From assembly GCA_050250375.1 (NCBI GenBank), contig JBFWOS010000002.1, positions 773,149-837,148 on the forward strand: 64,000 bases of DNA, in the 5' to 3' direction. The DNA comes from Candidatus Omnitrophota bacterium. Its GTDB lineage: Bacteria > Omnitrophota > Gorgyraeia > Zapsychrales > Zapsychraceae. The notes under the pieces were generated by a model that was not told where the DNA came from, made no database searches, and saw only the letters and a program-made list of their open reading frames with translations. Below are positions 29,201 to 36,371 of this stretch, piece after piece. The translations under genes were made by a program, and so were the position numbers. Positions within the stretch are counted from its first letter, which is position 1, and every line of letters begins with the position of its first letter.

Positions 29201-30845
29201 CGGTATTATTCAACAGAATATTATAAAACGATTCTGTATCGCTGGTGATCGTCTGATCGCTTGTCCCGTTAAATGTGATCGTCCCGGTGCCGGCGTTTAG
29301 GGAACCTCCTGTAGAATCCCAGTTCCCTGTTAAATCCATTGTCCCGGTAATCGTGAGTGTTCCATCCAGATCGGCATGATGCGTGCGCACACCTTCCGGT
29401 GAACTCACCGTCACCGTATTACCGGATAAAATTCTTATTTGTTCATCCGAATAACTGTTTCCCGCATCGACAATCAGTACTGTCCCGCTGAAAAGAACAC
29501 TGTGCAGGACATCTTCATCATTGCTGTTACCATAAAGTCCGATTTCCGTGACGCTCAGATTCTGGTTGTCCGTGCTGCCGATGGACAAGACATGGCGGTT
29601 TAAAACCATACCGGTGATATTTCCGGAGCCGTCATACTGTGTAACGGCCGTTGCTTCATCGGCCGTGGCTATATCCCCGTCGCCGTCTTCCGCCCAAACG
29701 GTAATAACCTCATTGGATGTGATCGGAACATCTGCGATCGTCCAGGCCCCGGCTGAGACCGTTCCGGTTAACGCCGTAAAGCGGACCCCGTTAACCGCGA
29801 TCTTAACCAAAGTTCCATCCGCTAAATCCGATGTCCCGGAAATATCCGCCGATGTATAGGAGATAACTAAACGCCCCGGATTTCCGGAGGTTCCGGAAGA
29901 CGATGACGCTCCGCCGGTTCCGCCCTGCCCGGCACTGCCGGCATAATCCGCGTCGCCGTTATTACCTGCCGATGTTCCTGAACCGGCTGTTGTTGATGTT
30001 GAAGACCCGGTTAATAAGGAAGAACCGCCGCCACCGCCGCCACCGCCGGCATTACTCGCCAACGAACCGCTTCCGCCGCCACCGCCAAACCTTCCTGCTC
30101 CACCTCCGCCTCCTCCGCCATAACCATTCGCGTTTGCGTCACCGTTACCACCGGAGGCGCCTCCAATCGTACCGCCGTTTCCCTTCGAACCATCCGCTCC
30201 CTGTCCGCTTCGACCGTCGGCCCCGGCGCCACCGCTCAAGGCTGCCCCGGCCGTGCCTGTATTATTTCCACCTGTGCCTGCGGCCCCGCCGGCCACCGTT
30301 GTTCCGCCGCCACCGCCACCCGAACTGCCAGACGCGCTGCCGGCTGTCCCTGATGAACCGCCTCCCGGTCCGCCATTTCCGCCAGGTGTTACTGAAGAGT
30401 TATCACCGCCTCCACCGCCTCCGCCTCCGGGCGCAATGAGTAACTGAGTCCCGCCGCGCGCTACACCCGAACGGCCCCCCCCACCGCCACCGTCTCCGGA
30501 ATTTGCACCTGAGCCGCCGGTACTAAAATCCCCTTGACCACCGCCGCCTCCCACTGTGATCGTGAGCGACTCCGCCGGTGTGACGACAAGCGTTGCTCCT
30601 GAAAAACCTGCCCCGCCGCCGCTCCCTCCTGTACTGGATGCGTTAGTCCCGCCGCCACCGCCGCCACCGCCTCCTCCCCAAGCTTTAACGCTGACCGAAG
30701 TTACACCTTGGGGTACACTCCAGGAAGAGGACCCTGCTGAATTAAATACAACCTGGGCCGCCCCGGCCGGAGCCGTCCACAGGCCCATCAAAATACTTAA
30801 CCAAATACATTTTTGAGTTTTTTTAAATTTCTCAGATAGAATAAT
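23277..30845 (-). CDS. Giant secreted surface/adhesin-like protein (~2,520 aa): two Gly-rich domains, beta-strand repeats, LamG domain
   Basis: VPxGVT..TVKAWGGGGG Gly-rich domain twice; repeated 'ING.L.I..G.LD....I.V.G.W....G.F.....TV.F.G' units; LamG (GLIAYWKMDE...WQHLALTW...GLIDDFRIYNRVLS). The ORF track starts at TTG 30791, but the frame is open upstream and the signal peptide points to ATT at 30845. Confidence 0.9.
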   Translation of the reverse strand: MILSEKFKKTQKCIWLSILMGLWTAPAGAAQVVFNSAGSSSWSVPQGVTSVSVKAWGGGGGGGGGGTNASSTGGSGGGAGFSGATLVVTPAESLTITVGGGGGQGDFSTGGSGANSGDGGGGGGRSGVARGGTQLLIAPGGGGGGGGDNSSVTPGGNGGPGGGSSGTAGSASGSSGGGGGGTTVAGGAAGTGGNNTGTAGAALSGGAGADGRSGQGADGSKGNGGTIGGASGGNGDANANGYGGGGGGGAGRFGGGGGSGSLASNAGGGGGGGGSSLLTGSSTSTTAGSGTSAGNNGDADYAGSAGQGGTGGASSSSGTSGNPGRLVISYTSADISGTSDLADGTLVKIAVNGVRFTALTGTVSAGAWTIADVPITSNEVITVWAEDGDGDIATADEATAVTQYDGSGNITGMVLNRHVLSIGSTDNQNLSVTEIGLYGNSNDEDVLHSVLFSGTVLIVDAGNSYSDEQIRILSGNTVTVSSPEGVRTHHADLDGTLTITGTMDLTGNWDSTGGSLNAGTGTITFNGTSDQTITSDTESFYNILLNNTGSSGNDDIILSDALDINGTLTITDGNLDSGTNNVNINLAGNWLMGASGSLAAGSGVSTVILDGDNQSITGSTTFRNLTKIESTDNSSNTTLTIAASSTQTITNTLNLTGLDDDDRLVLQSNSSGVRFTFDVTGSSQTVSFLNIMDSQASSNDITALSSNNNGGNDNAEASPHWIFAVNRYWVGSAGGNTNSAANWSASENSCGVGGGASVPNTTHNVVFSNSCTNNATVNAAFNVGGILIESGYTGTITPNSSILIDIDGPLNMNDGTINLGANNTDINIAGNIIKTGGTFTAGAGTVLLDGILDLNVDGGTNLGNVLISRSPNNAVNLSSDFLSNTLTIDTGDNLITGGYEVDINGGLTLNGTLDAQSGADGNSTLNVSGDWDMTGGNFINTNSTVVFDGTSSLTSSGGAFNNIQIGSSVTGGVLSTADDLDINGSLTVNNGGATTFNISNDTVFLGGDLDLANLDTFTVTSSTVEFDGTGLQTVASNSETYNIIEVTNSSAFGVQFTESFTTADLVSTTLSAKMEFQQSTTFTVTGSLNLVGEINNEVELDSIDGSTQFSLSVTGGDQIVEFVKVANSNALNNDITARNSVNDGGNDDLTASPFWIFPLPDGFGTQVFTVAGSDTFVVPKGVTEITVKAWGGGGGGGGGGTVGTGGDGSGAAFATATLAVTPMETLDIHVGGSGGAGAFSSGGSGNASGDGAGGGGRTAVFRASTPLLISAGGGGGGGGDNSSATPGGAGGPGGGTTGVNGSASGNAGGGGGADQSSGGSGGTGGNNSGSAGAADTGGAGADGRSGQGADGSAGNGGTTNGGDGGTGDANASGYGAGGGGGSGYYGGGGGSGSQAGNAGGGGGGGGSSFVSGTATSTSDGSGTAAGNNTDTDYAGNAGQGGTGGATSGAGTAGNNGRLVISYTAATVDISGTSDLVDNTIVALAVNGNLCVGMTGVVSSGAWTINNAPILIGDRLTMWAEDGDGDIIAADESSGVTKYDGSGNISGVVLDRHVLTIGSDDNQTFTLTEIGHYDNTDDEDVMYLVTSGTVLIADADGSYTDEELNILPNNSVITVSPEGIVTHHFNLGGTLTLTGTMTVSGDWNSSSGTFNETGSTVTFNGTSDQMVDNLNQPFENFAVFNTGVPGSDNVILQYDQDINGNINISDGELDAGTNQVLMTVSGDWIASSLGTFDPGTSTVTFDGTAGTVTVALGSSTFYNVVIDDADGGADYTIELGGTFTVGGTLSLLDGTLDSHATNNYSSFIFGNWINADTFIARNGTVTFNSTANPVTITGPTTFYNLGFAGTSANDIHVSDDLLVQQDLSMSNASGSDLLADGTEIHTITVSGDINKSGAGSIEDDILLIADGTVTQTLTSGGGSIGDLQISNTSAEVILASGLVVDGTITIDAGATFDWGVYDFTTNAGSTITVDGLLQLAGSQTITLDSGPVFNPGSGAEYTATSGTHVIQDWTYQFLRINGLGGTFMMGADEILGSDFEVLAGVFQTDGYDLTINGLVDLDSTLDATAGTAGNSTIIVDGSWDMTGGTFTNADSTVLFISTNPQTITSGTSSFHHLIINDGLIAYWKMDETTGTTAYGSSGFQRDMIYVNNTTPNTGTSAMIHFDNPASLQFDGTTDYIIDSDAENYINGLSEFTVSLWVKADATGVDDGFFNGEPPNGGDNIFTLRYDLSGASGGGTNVIKCGLQVSGVNRQYESASFVQTTNWQHLALTWSSGNPIRLYIDGNLDTPTYSDAALSGTMTGATELRIGQGGKDAAAGWDGLIDDFRIYNRVLSVPEIQRLANGEQPSTALAIYTIQDALDINGTLFLNAGELDTGANEPITVSGDWNNNGGIFDPHSGNVVMDGADQNVNSSETFYDFSKQLSSGPSRTLSFGKSSTVTINNTLNLQGFSDVIPLYLRSSMAGTRFTFDVVSGIQSTYFLDVQDSQTSSNNIKSFSSINSGNTDSEEAPPHWVFGPLMGAVMIVD
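25676..30754 (-). repeat. Internal duplication of a ~560-aa module in the giant protein (copies ~29075-30754 and ~25676-27350)
   Basis: Matching segments, e.g. GGGGGGDNSS.TPGG, AG.AGQGGTGGA, DISGTSDL.D.T.V..AVNG, WAEDGDGDI..ADE, YDGSGNI.G.VL.RHVL.IGS.DNQ, PEG..THH, FNGTSDQ; offset ~3.4 kb. Confidence 0.9.
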
Positions 30846-31057
30846 AACAAACCTTTCAAAATTTAAGAATGATTGAAAACTACAGAATAATATTTAATAT
30901 TAAGATTAATCTTATTTTATTATTTCTATTTTAAAACAGATCTATTTATATTTCTCCCCTAAATTCCATTTTTTTCCAAAAAAAACTTTTAAGTAAAATA
31001 TCTGATATCGGTAAGAATTGAAAAATCGGTGCTGAAGAAATAACGGGGAAGGAGAAA

Positions 31058-31097
31058 TTCATCCACTTGATTTCTAACACTCAATCAAATGGATGAA
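31058..31097 (-). terminator. Intrinsic terminator after the alcohol dehydrogenase gene
   Basis: Minus strand TTCATCCATTTGATT-loop-AATCAAGTGGATGAA then TTTCT. Confidence 0.65.
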
Positions 31098-31127
31098 GAA
31101 TGATTTTGGAGAATTGATCCGGAAATT

Positions 31128-32183
31128 TTATAAGGATAACGATCCCATATCAATGACGAAACGGTATTTAACGTCACTTTTCAGAATCCGGGTGTATGCT
31201 TCATTGATTTTCTGAACAGGGATTTTTTCAATATCACAAACGATCTTGTGTTTCCCGCAGAAATCGAGCATTTCCTGGGTTTCTTTAAGACCTCCGATCA
31301 GAGATCCCGCCAATTGCCGGCGTTGCATGATCAGGTTGAAGCTGGCCACCTGAAGCGGTTTTTCCGGGGCCCCGACCAGGACCATCGTACCGGATCTCTT
31401 TAATAGCGTCAGGTAAACGTTGATATCATGATCCGCCGAAACGGTATCCAGGATAAAATCAAAACTTTTCGTGTGTTTGTCCATCTCCTCCTGGTTTTTG
31501 GAAATGACAACATCATGCGCGCCGAGCCGTTTGGCATCGGTCTTTTTATCGGGTGAAGTTGTAAACAGGACGACCCGTGCCCCAAGGGCATTAGCGAATT
31601 TCACGCCCATATGCCCGAGCCCGCCCAAACCAACAATCCCGACCTTCTGGCCTTTTTTGACGCCCCAGCGGCGTAATGGCGAATACGTGGTAATACCCGC
31701 GCACAGTAAAGGCGCGGCCGCCGCCAGATCAAGTTTGGGAGGAACACGCAACACAAAATCTTCATCCACCACAATCATCTGCGTGTACCCGCCGTAGGTG
31801 ATCCCTCCGGTTTGTTTTTCTGAACTGTTGTAGGTAAAGATCGGACCGTCGTCGCAATGCTGTTCCAGGTCATCTTTACAGCTCGGACACTTACGGCAGG
31901 AATCCACCAGGCAACCCACCGCGGCGATATCTCCGGATTTAAATTTTTTGACTTTGGAGCCGGTCTTGACGACCCGGCCGATGATCTCGTGTCCAGGGAC
32001 ACACGGATAAGTTGTATTATGCCATTCATTCCTGACTTGATGGATGTCCGAATGACAGACTCCGCAATAAAGAATCTCAATTTGCACATCGGTCTTGCCG
32101 ACGTCACGACGATTGATGGTGATGAGCTTTAAGTCTGTTTTGGCGTTTTGAGCCCCGTATCCGCGGATTTCAATCATACCCAT
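31128..32183 (-). CDS. NAD(P)-dependent Zn alcohol dehydrogenase (cinnamyl-ADH/YahK type)
   Basis: YCGVCHSD, PGHEIIG, C..C..C...EQHC, PLLCAGITTYSPL, GLGGLG, DVKYRFVID. Confidence 0.96.
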   Translation of the reverse strand: MGMIEIRGYGAQNAKTDLKLITINRRDVGKTDVQIEILYCGVCHSDIHQVRNEWHNTTYPCVPGHEIIGRVVKTGSKVKKFKSGDIAAVGCLVDSCRKCPSCKDDLEQHCDDGPIFTYNSSEKQTGGITYGGYTQMIVVDEDFVLRVPPKLDLAAAAPLLCAGITTYSPLRRWGVKKGQKVGIVGLGGLGHMGVKFANALGARVVLFTTSPDKKTDAKRLGAHDVVISKNQEEMDKHTKSFDFILDTVSADHDINVYLTLLKRSGTMVLVGAPEKPLQVASFNLIMQRRQLAGSLIGGLKETQEMLDFCGKHKIVCDIEKIPVQKINEAYTRILKSDVKYRFVIDMGSLSL

Positions 32184-32200
32184 TTCCTTTTTAGTTTAAA

Positions 32201-32236
32201 ATAAGGGGCCGACACAAAACCGCATCGGCCCCTTAT
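32201..32236 (-). terminator. Intrinsic terminator after the small zinc-ribbon gene
   Basis: ATAAGGGGCCGA / TCGGCCCCTTAT 12-bp stem followed by TTT on the minus strand. Confidence 0.75.
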
Positions 32237-32239
32237 CCG

Positions 32240-32416
32240 TTAACGGCCTGAATCTTTACGTTTGGCGAAACAATTTTTACAGTAAATCGGACGGTCGCCT
32301 CTTGGTTTAAAAGGGACTTCGCATTCACTGTTACACTCCGAACAGGTTGCTTTGTGCCACTCACGTGGACCGCCCCCGCCGAACCCGCTGCCACCACCTG
32401 GTTTGTAAACCATCAT
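32240..32416 (-). CDS. CxxC-x17-CxxC zinc-ribbon small protein (58 aa)
   Basis: Hand translation MMVYKPGGGSGFGGGGPREWHKATCSECNSECEVPFKPRGDRPIYCKNCFAKRKDSGR; AGGAG RBS; below the ORF-track cutoff. Confidence 0.93.
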   Translation of the reverse strand: MMVYKPGGGSGFGGGGPREWHKATCSECNSECEVPFKPRGDRPIYCKNCFAKRKDSGR

Positions 32417-32760
32417 ATTTCTCCTTTTTGTTTGGTTGAAAGAATTCCGGGGGCATTACAAGTTTAATCCGGTAAGTGTCACCTGAAATTCTAAAATTGA
32501 CACGATTAACTGACCGTGCGTTTTTTTCAATTGATATTTGTAATTAATTTTTATTAAAACCGGAGCCTGGGCTGCAGGTTTTTCTCATAGATTAGTGCCG
32601 ATACCGTTGATTTTACCCTTGACGATTATCCTTATCGTACGGCGGGTTGACCGGAGCTATGTTCACCAAGATTAATGAGGTCAAAATACATTTATTGAAT
32701 TAAGTACTGCAGGATATTAATAAGAGATTATGACTGATTTCACCGGATTAGTCTACATAA

Positions 32761-34605
32761 TTAATTTCTTTTATCAAGGCCGCGGTCTGCCGGGATCATC
32801 ACCGTAAAGGTCGTTCCTTTGCCGACTTCAGAGGAGACCTTGATCTGGCCGCCGATTTTTTGAATGATATCAAAACTGATGCTCAACCCCAAACCGGTCC
32901 CCTTGCCGACCGGTTTGGTTGTAAAAAACGGGTTAAAAATCCTGTTCAAATTTTCCTGTGCAATCCCTGCGCCGGTATCGGCAAAGGAAACGTAAATGTA
33001 TTCTTGGTCGCTGGAGGTTTTAATCGTAATAGTTCCATGTTTCTCAATCGCCTGTGCCGCGTTGACCAAAAGATTGATAAATACTTGGCCCAGATGCTGG
33101 GGATGACAATGGATGGCCGGCGTTTTTGAATACTCCTTAACCAGATCGGCTTTATATTTGATTTCATTTTGAACAATACCGAGCACACCATCAACGATGT
33201 CTTCAACACAGGTTAATTTTTTCTCTTTATCGTCAGTCCTTGCGAATGACTTCAGGTCAGAAACGATTGATTTGATTCGCTCCGTTCCTTTTTTTGTTTC
33301 TCCCAGAAGATTATTAAGATCCGTGCGGATAAATTCAAGGTCAATGTTTTTGGCGGCTGTTTCCATCTTGAGGATGGTGTCGGCAACGCGGTTGGTGTTC
33401 CCCGCCTCCAGGGCGGCTTTCAGATCCGGGATATATTGGATAATCGCGTCGTAAATTTTTACATACTCTTCCAAAGATTCAAGATTACTGGAGATATATC
33501 CGACAGGATTATTAATTTCGTGGGCCACTCCCGCCGCCAGATGTCCGATTGAGGCCATTTTTTCGGATTGCAGGAGCTGGAACTGTGTTTCCCCCAGTTG
33601 ATGTTCGGCTTTTTTTCGTTCAGCAATTTCGTTGAGCAAAGTTTCTTTTTGAATGAAAAACTGCTGAATAAGTTTCGCCAGCCGGCCGAATTCGGTTTTG
33701 TTATCCAAAAGGTTTTTAATCCCGGACAGATCTTCTTTTTCCAGGGTTAACGCGATCTGACGAAGCGGTCGGCTGACCCAACGAAACAAAAATGTCATAA
33801 TCAGAATTGACAGCAAGATAGAGAAAGCAATAAACAGGAAAAGGACCTGTTTTGAATTTCTGATGGAACTCTGGACCGTGAGAGATTCAGCGACAGCGAT
33901 TAATTCTCCAACGACCTGTTTATCCAAACCCGGCAAATCATGCGTCAATAAAATCGTTTTAATTGAGGACGTTTCCGGTGTTTTTTGCGGTCCTTCGGCC
34001 AAGGTAATCTCTGCTCCGGTCAGCAAGGACAGTTCATCCAGAAACGATTTATCCCATAACCGTCCGGCAAAAAAATAACCGAAACATTCATTTTCTCGAT
34101 TCTGGTCATCGGTTTTATGGATGGCTGCCCCGCGCAACTCCAGCAGACCGGCCTCTGTCCGGACAAAAAAATGCCGAAATGGTGATGCCGCAAATAACGC
34201 AGGAATATTGTTCGGCATGGCTGATTGAAAGACATCGCCCACGACGTCCTGATTGTTCGTGTAATAAACGGGACTGCCGTTGAGATTATAGACCAAAACA
34301 ACATTGGCCTTGTAAGTTTCCAAAGAGGCTTCCAGGTTTGCGGTCGCCCAAGATTCATCATAGTTTAATACAAATTCAACCATTTCATCCCAATAAGTAT
34401 AATCATAGCTGAGTGTGTAAAGGCTTTCGCCTTTCAGTGAAATGAGTTTTTTCAGAACTTCCTGGTGGCTGTTTTTCTCCGTCTGCCACAGTTCTTTAAG
34501 CCGTTGATGCTCCATCCTGACATAAAAAAGAATCATCAGGGTGAAAACGGCAAACACCAGACACAAATGAAATAAAATCTTTCTTTGTAAAGTCATACGA
34601 AACAC
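32761..34605 (-). CDS. CHASE4-domain sensor histidine kinase (NtrB-like), orphan
   Basis: SYDYTYWDEMVEFV (CHASE4); QSEKMASIGHLAAGVAHEINNP; FNPFFTTKPVGKGTGLGL. Confidence 0.93.
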   Translation of the reverse strand: MFRMTLQRKILFHLCLVFAVFTLMILFYVRMEHQRLKELWQTEKNSHQEVLKKLISLKGESLYTLSYDYTYWDEMVEFVLNYDESWATANLEASLETYKANVVLVYNLNGSPVYYTNNQDVVGDVFQSAMPNNIPALFAASPFRHFFVRTEAGLLELRGAAIHKTDDQNRENECFGYFFAGRLWDKSFLDELSLLTGAEITLAEGPQKTPETSSIKTILLTHDLPGLDKQVVGELIAVAESLTVQSSIRNSKQVLFLFIAFSILLSILIMTFLFRWVSRPLRQIALTLEKEDLSGIKNLLDNKTEFGRLAKLIQQFFIQKETLLNEIAERKKAEHQLGETQFQLLQSEKMASIGHLAAGVAHEINNPVGYISSNLESLEEYVKIYDAIIQYIPDLKAALEAGNTNRVADTILKMETAAKNIDLEFIRTDLNNLLGETKKGTERIKSIVSDLKSFARTDDKEKKLTCVEDIVDGVLGIVQNEIKYKADLVKEYSKTPAIHCHPQHLGQVFINLLVNAAQAIEKHGTITIKTSSDQEYIYVSFADTGAGIAQENLNRIFNPFFTTKPVGKGTGLGLSISFDIIQKIGGQIKVSSEVGKGTTFTVMIPADRGLDKRN

Positions 34606-34704
34606 TTATGAAAGTTGGTTTATTTATGGAAGTCGGTTCAAGGCAGCTGATTAATACTGATTATGCCGTGTGCGGAATGATTCGTCTATGAAAATATCGA
34701 TTTT

Positions 34705-35115
34705 TTAATCACTGTATTCAAAGATGACCGGGGTTTGCACATCCGGGTGCAGGCTTTTGTGGACCGGGCAGTTGAGGGCCGTATCTTCCAGAAGTTTTCG
34801 TTGGTCGGGAACAATCCCTTTCGGCATTTTAATCTTTACGGTGACTTTCCCGATGCGTCGAAACGGCTGGGTGACCATTTCTTTTTCAATATCAACGGTT
34901 GCTCCGGTCAGATCAATCTTATGGCGCTGGGCCGCGATGCCCATGACGGTCAGCATGCACGAACCGAGCGAGGCGGCCAGCAGGTCGGTCGGAGAAAAGG
35001 CCTCGCCCTTCCCCATGTTGTCAACCGGAGCATCCGTCTTGATCTCATCACCCGACGGACCGTGGGTTAAGCGGCACCGTAAATTTCCTTCATAAATCAC
35101 TTGCATTTTAACCAT
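34705..35115 (-). CDS. OsmC family protein
   Basis: TDAPVDN.GKGEAFSPTDLLAASLGSCMLT...CPVHKSL. Confidence 0.95.
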   Translation of the reverse strand: MVKMQVIYEGNLRCRLTHGPSGDEIKTDAPVDNMGKGEAFSPTDLLAASLGSCMLTVMGIAAQRHKIDLTGATVDIEKEMVTQPFRRIGKVTVKIKMPKGIVPDQRKLLEDTALNCPVHKSLHPDVQTPVIFEYSD

Positions 35116-35184
35116 TTTATTTATTCCTTATTAAACAATATTTAAAAATGAGGATAAATTTATTACAAATAGTTCCGGATAAAG

Positions 35185-35631
35185 TTATTTGTCAAAGACG
35201 ACTTCCGATGGAAAGATGCTGTCCGGTTCCGTATGAAATTTAAAATTGATGACAACCCACGTCTCTCCTGTTTTGTAAGTCAGGAAGTATGTGAACAGCG
35301 GCCCCTTCTCATAATTAATCTGTATATACTGAAGGCGGCTTGAAGGTGTAATTTCAACTTCTTTAATACTTTCAAATCCTGTATATTTTCCGTAAAATCC
35401 TTCGATCTGGCGCAGGATGTTGGCCTGGCTGAGCGCATCCTTGTCGCCTTCCATAGGGCTTCCGGCCAGCCATCCCTGGATTGCGGCATCAGCGCCGGAC
35501 TCTTTATACGCGTTCATGCCTTTCGTGATCGCTTCGGGTATATTGTTTGCATGGACAAAATCTGCCCGGATTGCCATGATCATAAATGCCAATAAAACGG
35601 CGGAAAACATCCGGTGAGTATGAAAAACCAT
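35185..35631 (-). CDS. Secreted hypothetical protein
   Basis: Start reassigned to MVFHTH (GGAGG RBS); signal peptide ..VHA; YGKY.GFE...YEKGPLF..F..Y. Confidence 0.7.
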   Translation of the reverse strand: MVFHTHRMFSAVLLAFMIMAIRADFVHANNIPEAITKGMNAYKESGADAAIQGWLAGSPMEGDKDALSQANILRQIEGFYGKYTGFESIKEVEITPSSRLQYIQINYEKGPLFTYFLTYKTGETWVVINFKFHTEPDSIFPSEVVFDK

Positions 35632-35671
35632 ATCGGCCTCCTGTGTTAGAGAAATAAAAACTATGGATATC

Positions 35672-36289
35672 TTAAGAAATATTTGTTTTCTGAGCACGGG
35701 CGTCCATGGAACACAGCCCCTTGAGCAATCCGTCATGCAGGTCATAGATCAAGGCATGCACGGTGAGGTCAGCGCCTCTTTTCCAGGCATCCTGCACAAT
35801 TGATGTCTGGCAGACATTGCGGGCCTGTTCGAGGACGTTCAGCTCACACAGCCGTTTCATCCGCTTTTCTTTATTTTTGATTTTCTTTAATTCAGACGTA
35901 AATTTGAATTGTACATCCAGGATATGCCGCAGCCAATTGTCGATCAATCCCAACCGGGTGGACTCAAAGGCGGCCTGGACACCGCCGCATCCGTAGTGTC
36001 CGCAGACAATCACATAATTGACTTTTAGAACTTCGACCGCATATTGAAGGACAGACAAACAATTAAGATCGGTGTGGACAACAAGGTTTGCCACATTGCG
36101 GTGGACAAATAATTCACCCGGCAGCAGCCCGGTTATTTCATTGGCCGGAACCCGGCTGTCGGAACAACCGATCCATAAATATTTGGGTGTTTGCAGATGG
36201 GAGAGTTTTGAAAAAAAATCAGGATCCAGCTTGAGCATCTTTTCGGCCCACTGCCGGTTGTTGCTGAATAAAGTCTTCAATTTAGACAT
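35672..36289 (-). CDS. can: Beta-class carbonic anhydrase
   Basis: WIGCSDSRVPAN, GELFVHRNVAN, CGHYGCGG. Confidence 0.97.
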   Translation of the reverse strand: MSKLKTLFSNNRQWAEKMLKLDPDFFSKLSHLQTPKYLWIGCSDSRVPANEITGLLPGELFVHRNVANLVVHTDLNCLSVLQYAVEVLKVNYVIVCGHYGCGGVQAAFESTRLGLIDNWLRHILDVQFKFTSELKKIKNKEKRMKRLCELNVLEQARNVCQTSIVQDAWKRGADLTVHALIYDLHDGLLKGLCSMDARAQKTNIS

Positions 36290-36315
36290 GGCATCCCTTT
36301 CGTTTAAGTGAATGA

Positions 36316-36344
36316 ATTATACACAAAACGGTCTTGCCATACAA
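36316..36344 (-). promoter_or_regulatory. Sigma70 promoter of can
   Basis: TTGTAT-N17-TATAAT with TG extension. Confidence 0.6.
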
Positions 36345-36371
36345 TCGATTATCCGTAAAAACAAGAAGTCA

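Noticed and set aside
26366-30667. Long plus-strand and alternate-frame ORFs (Pro-rich or Arg/His-rich, up to 406 aa) over the giant gene
   Set aside because: Antisense or frame shadows of Gly- and Thr-rich codons; no RBS or family motifs
26460-30760. CCG/CCA-rich tracts that look like simple-sequence repeats or a CRISPR-like array
   Set aside because: They are poly-Gly codons with third-position variation; there is no constant repeat-spacer structure and no cas genes
30860-31020. Very AT-rich stretch as a replication origin or island boundary
   Set aside because: No DnaA-box cluster, att site, tRNA or integrase; best explained as the promoter region of the giant gene
32560-32760. Possible ncRNA in the intergenic region between the zinc-ribbon gene and the CHASE4 kinase
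   Set aside because: No recognisable RNA family motif or convincing stem structure by eye
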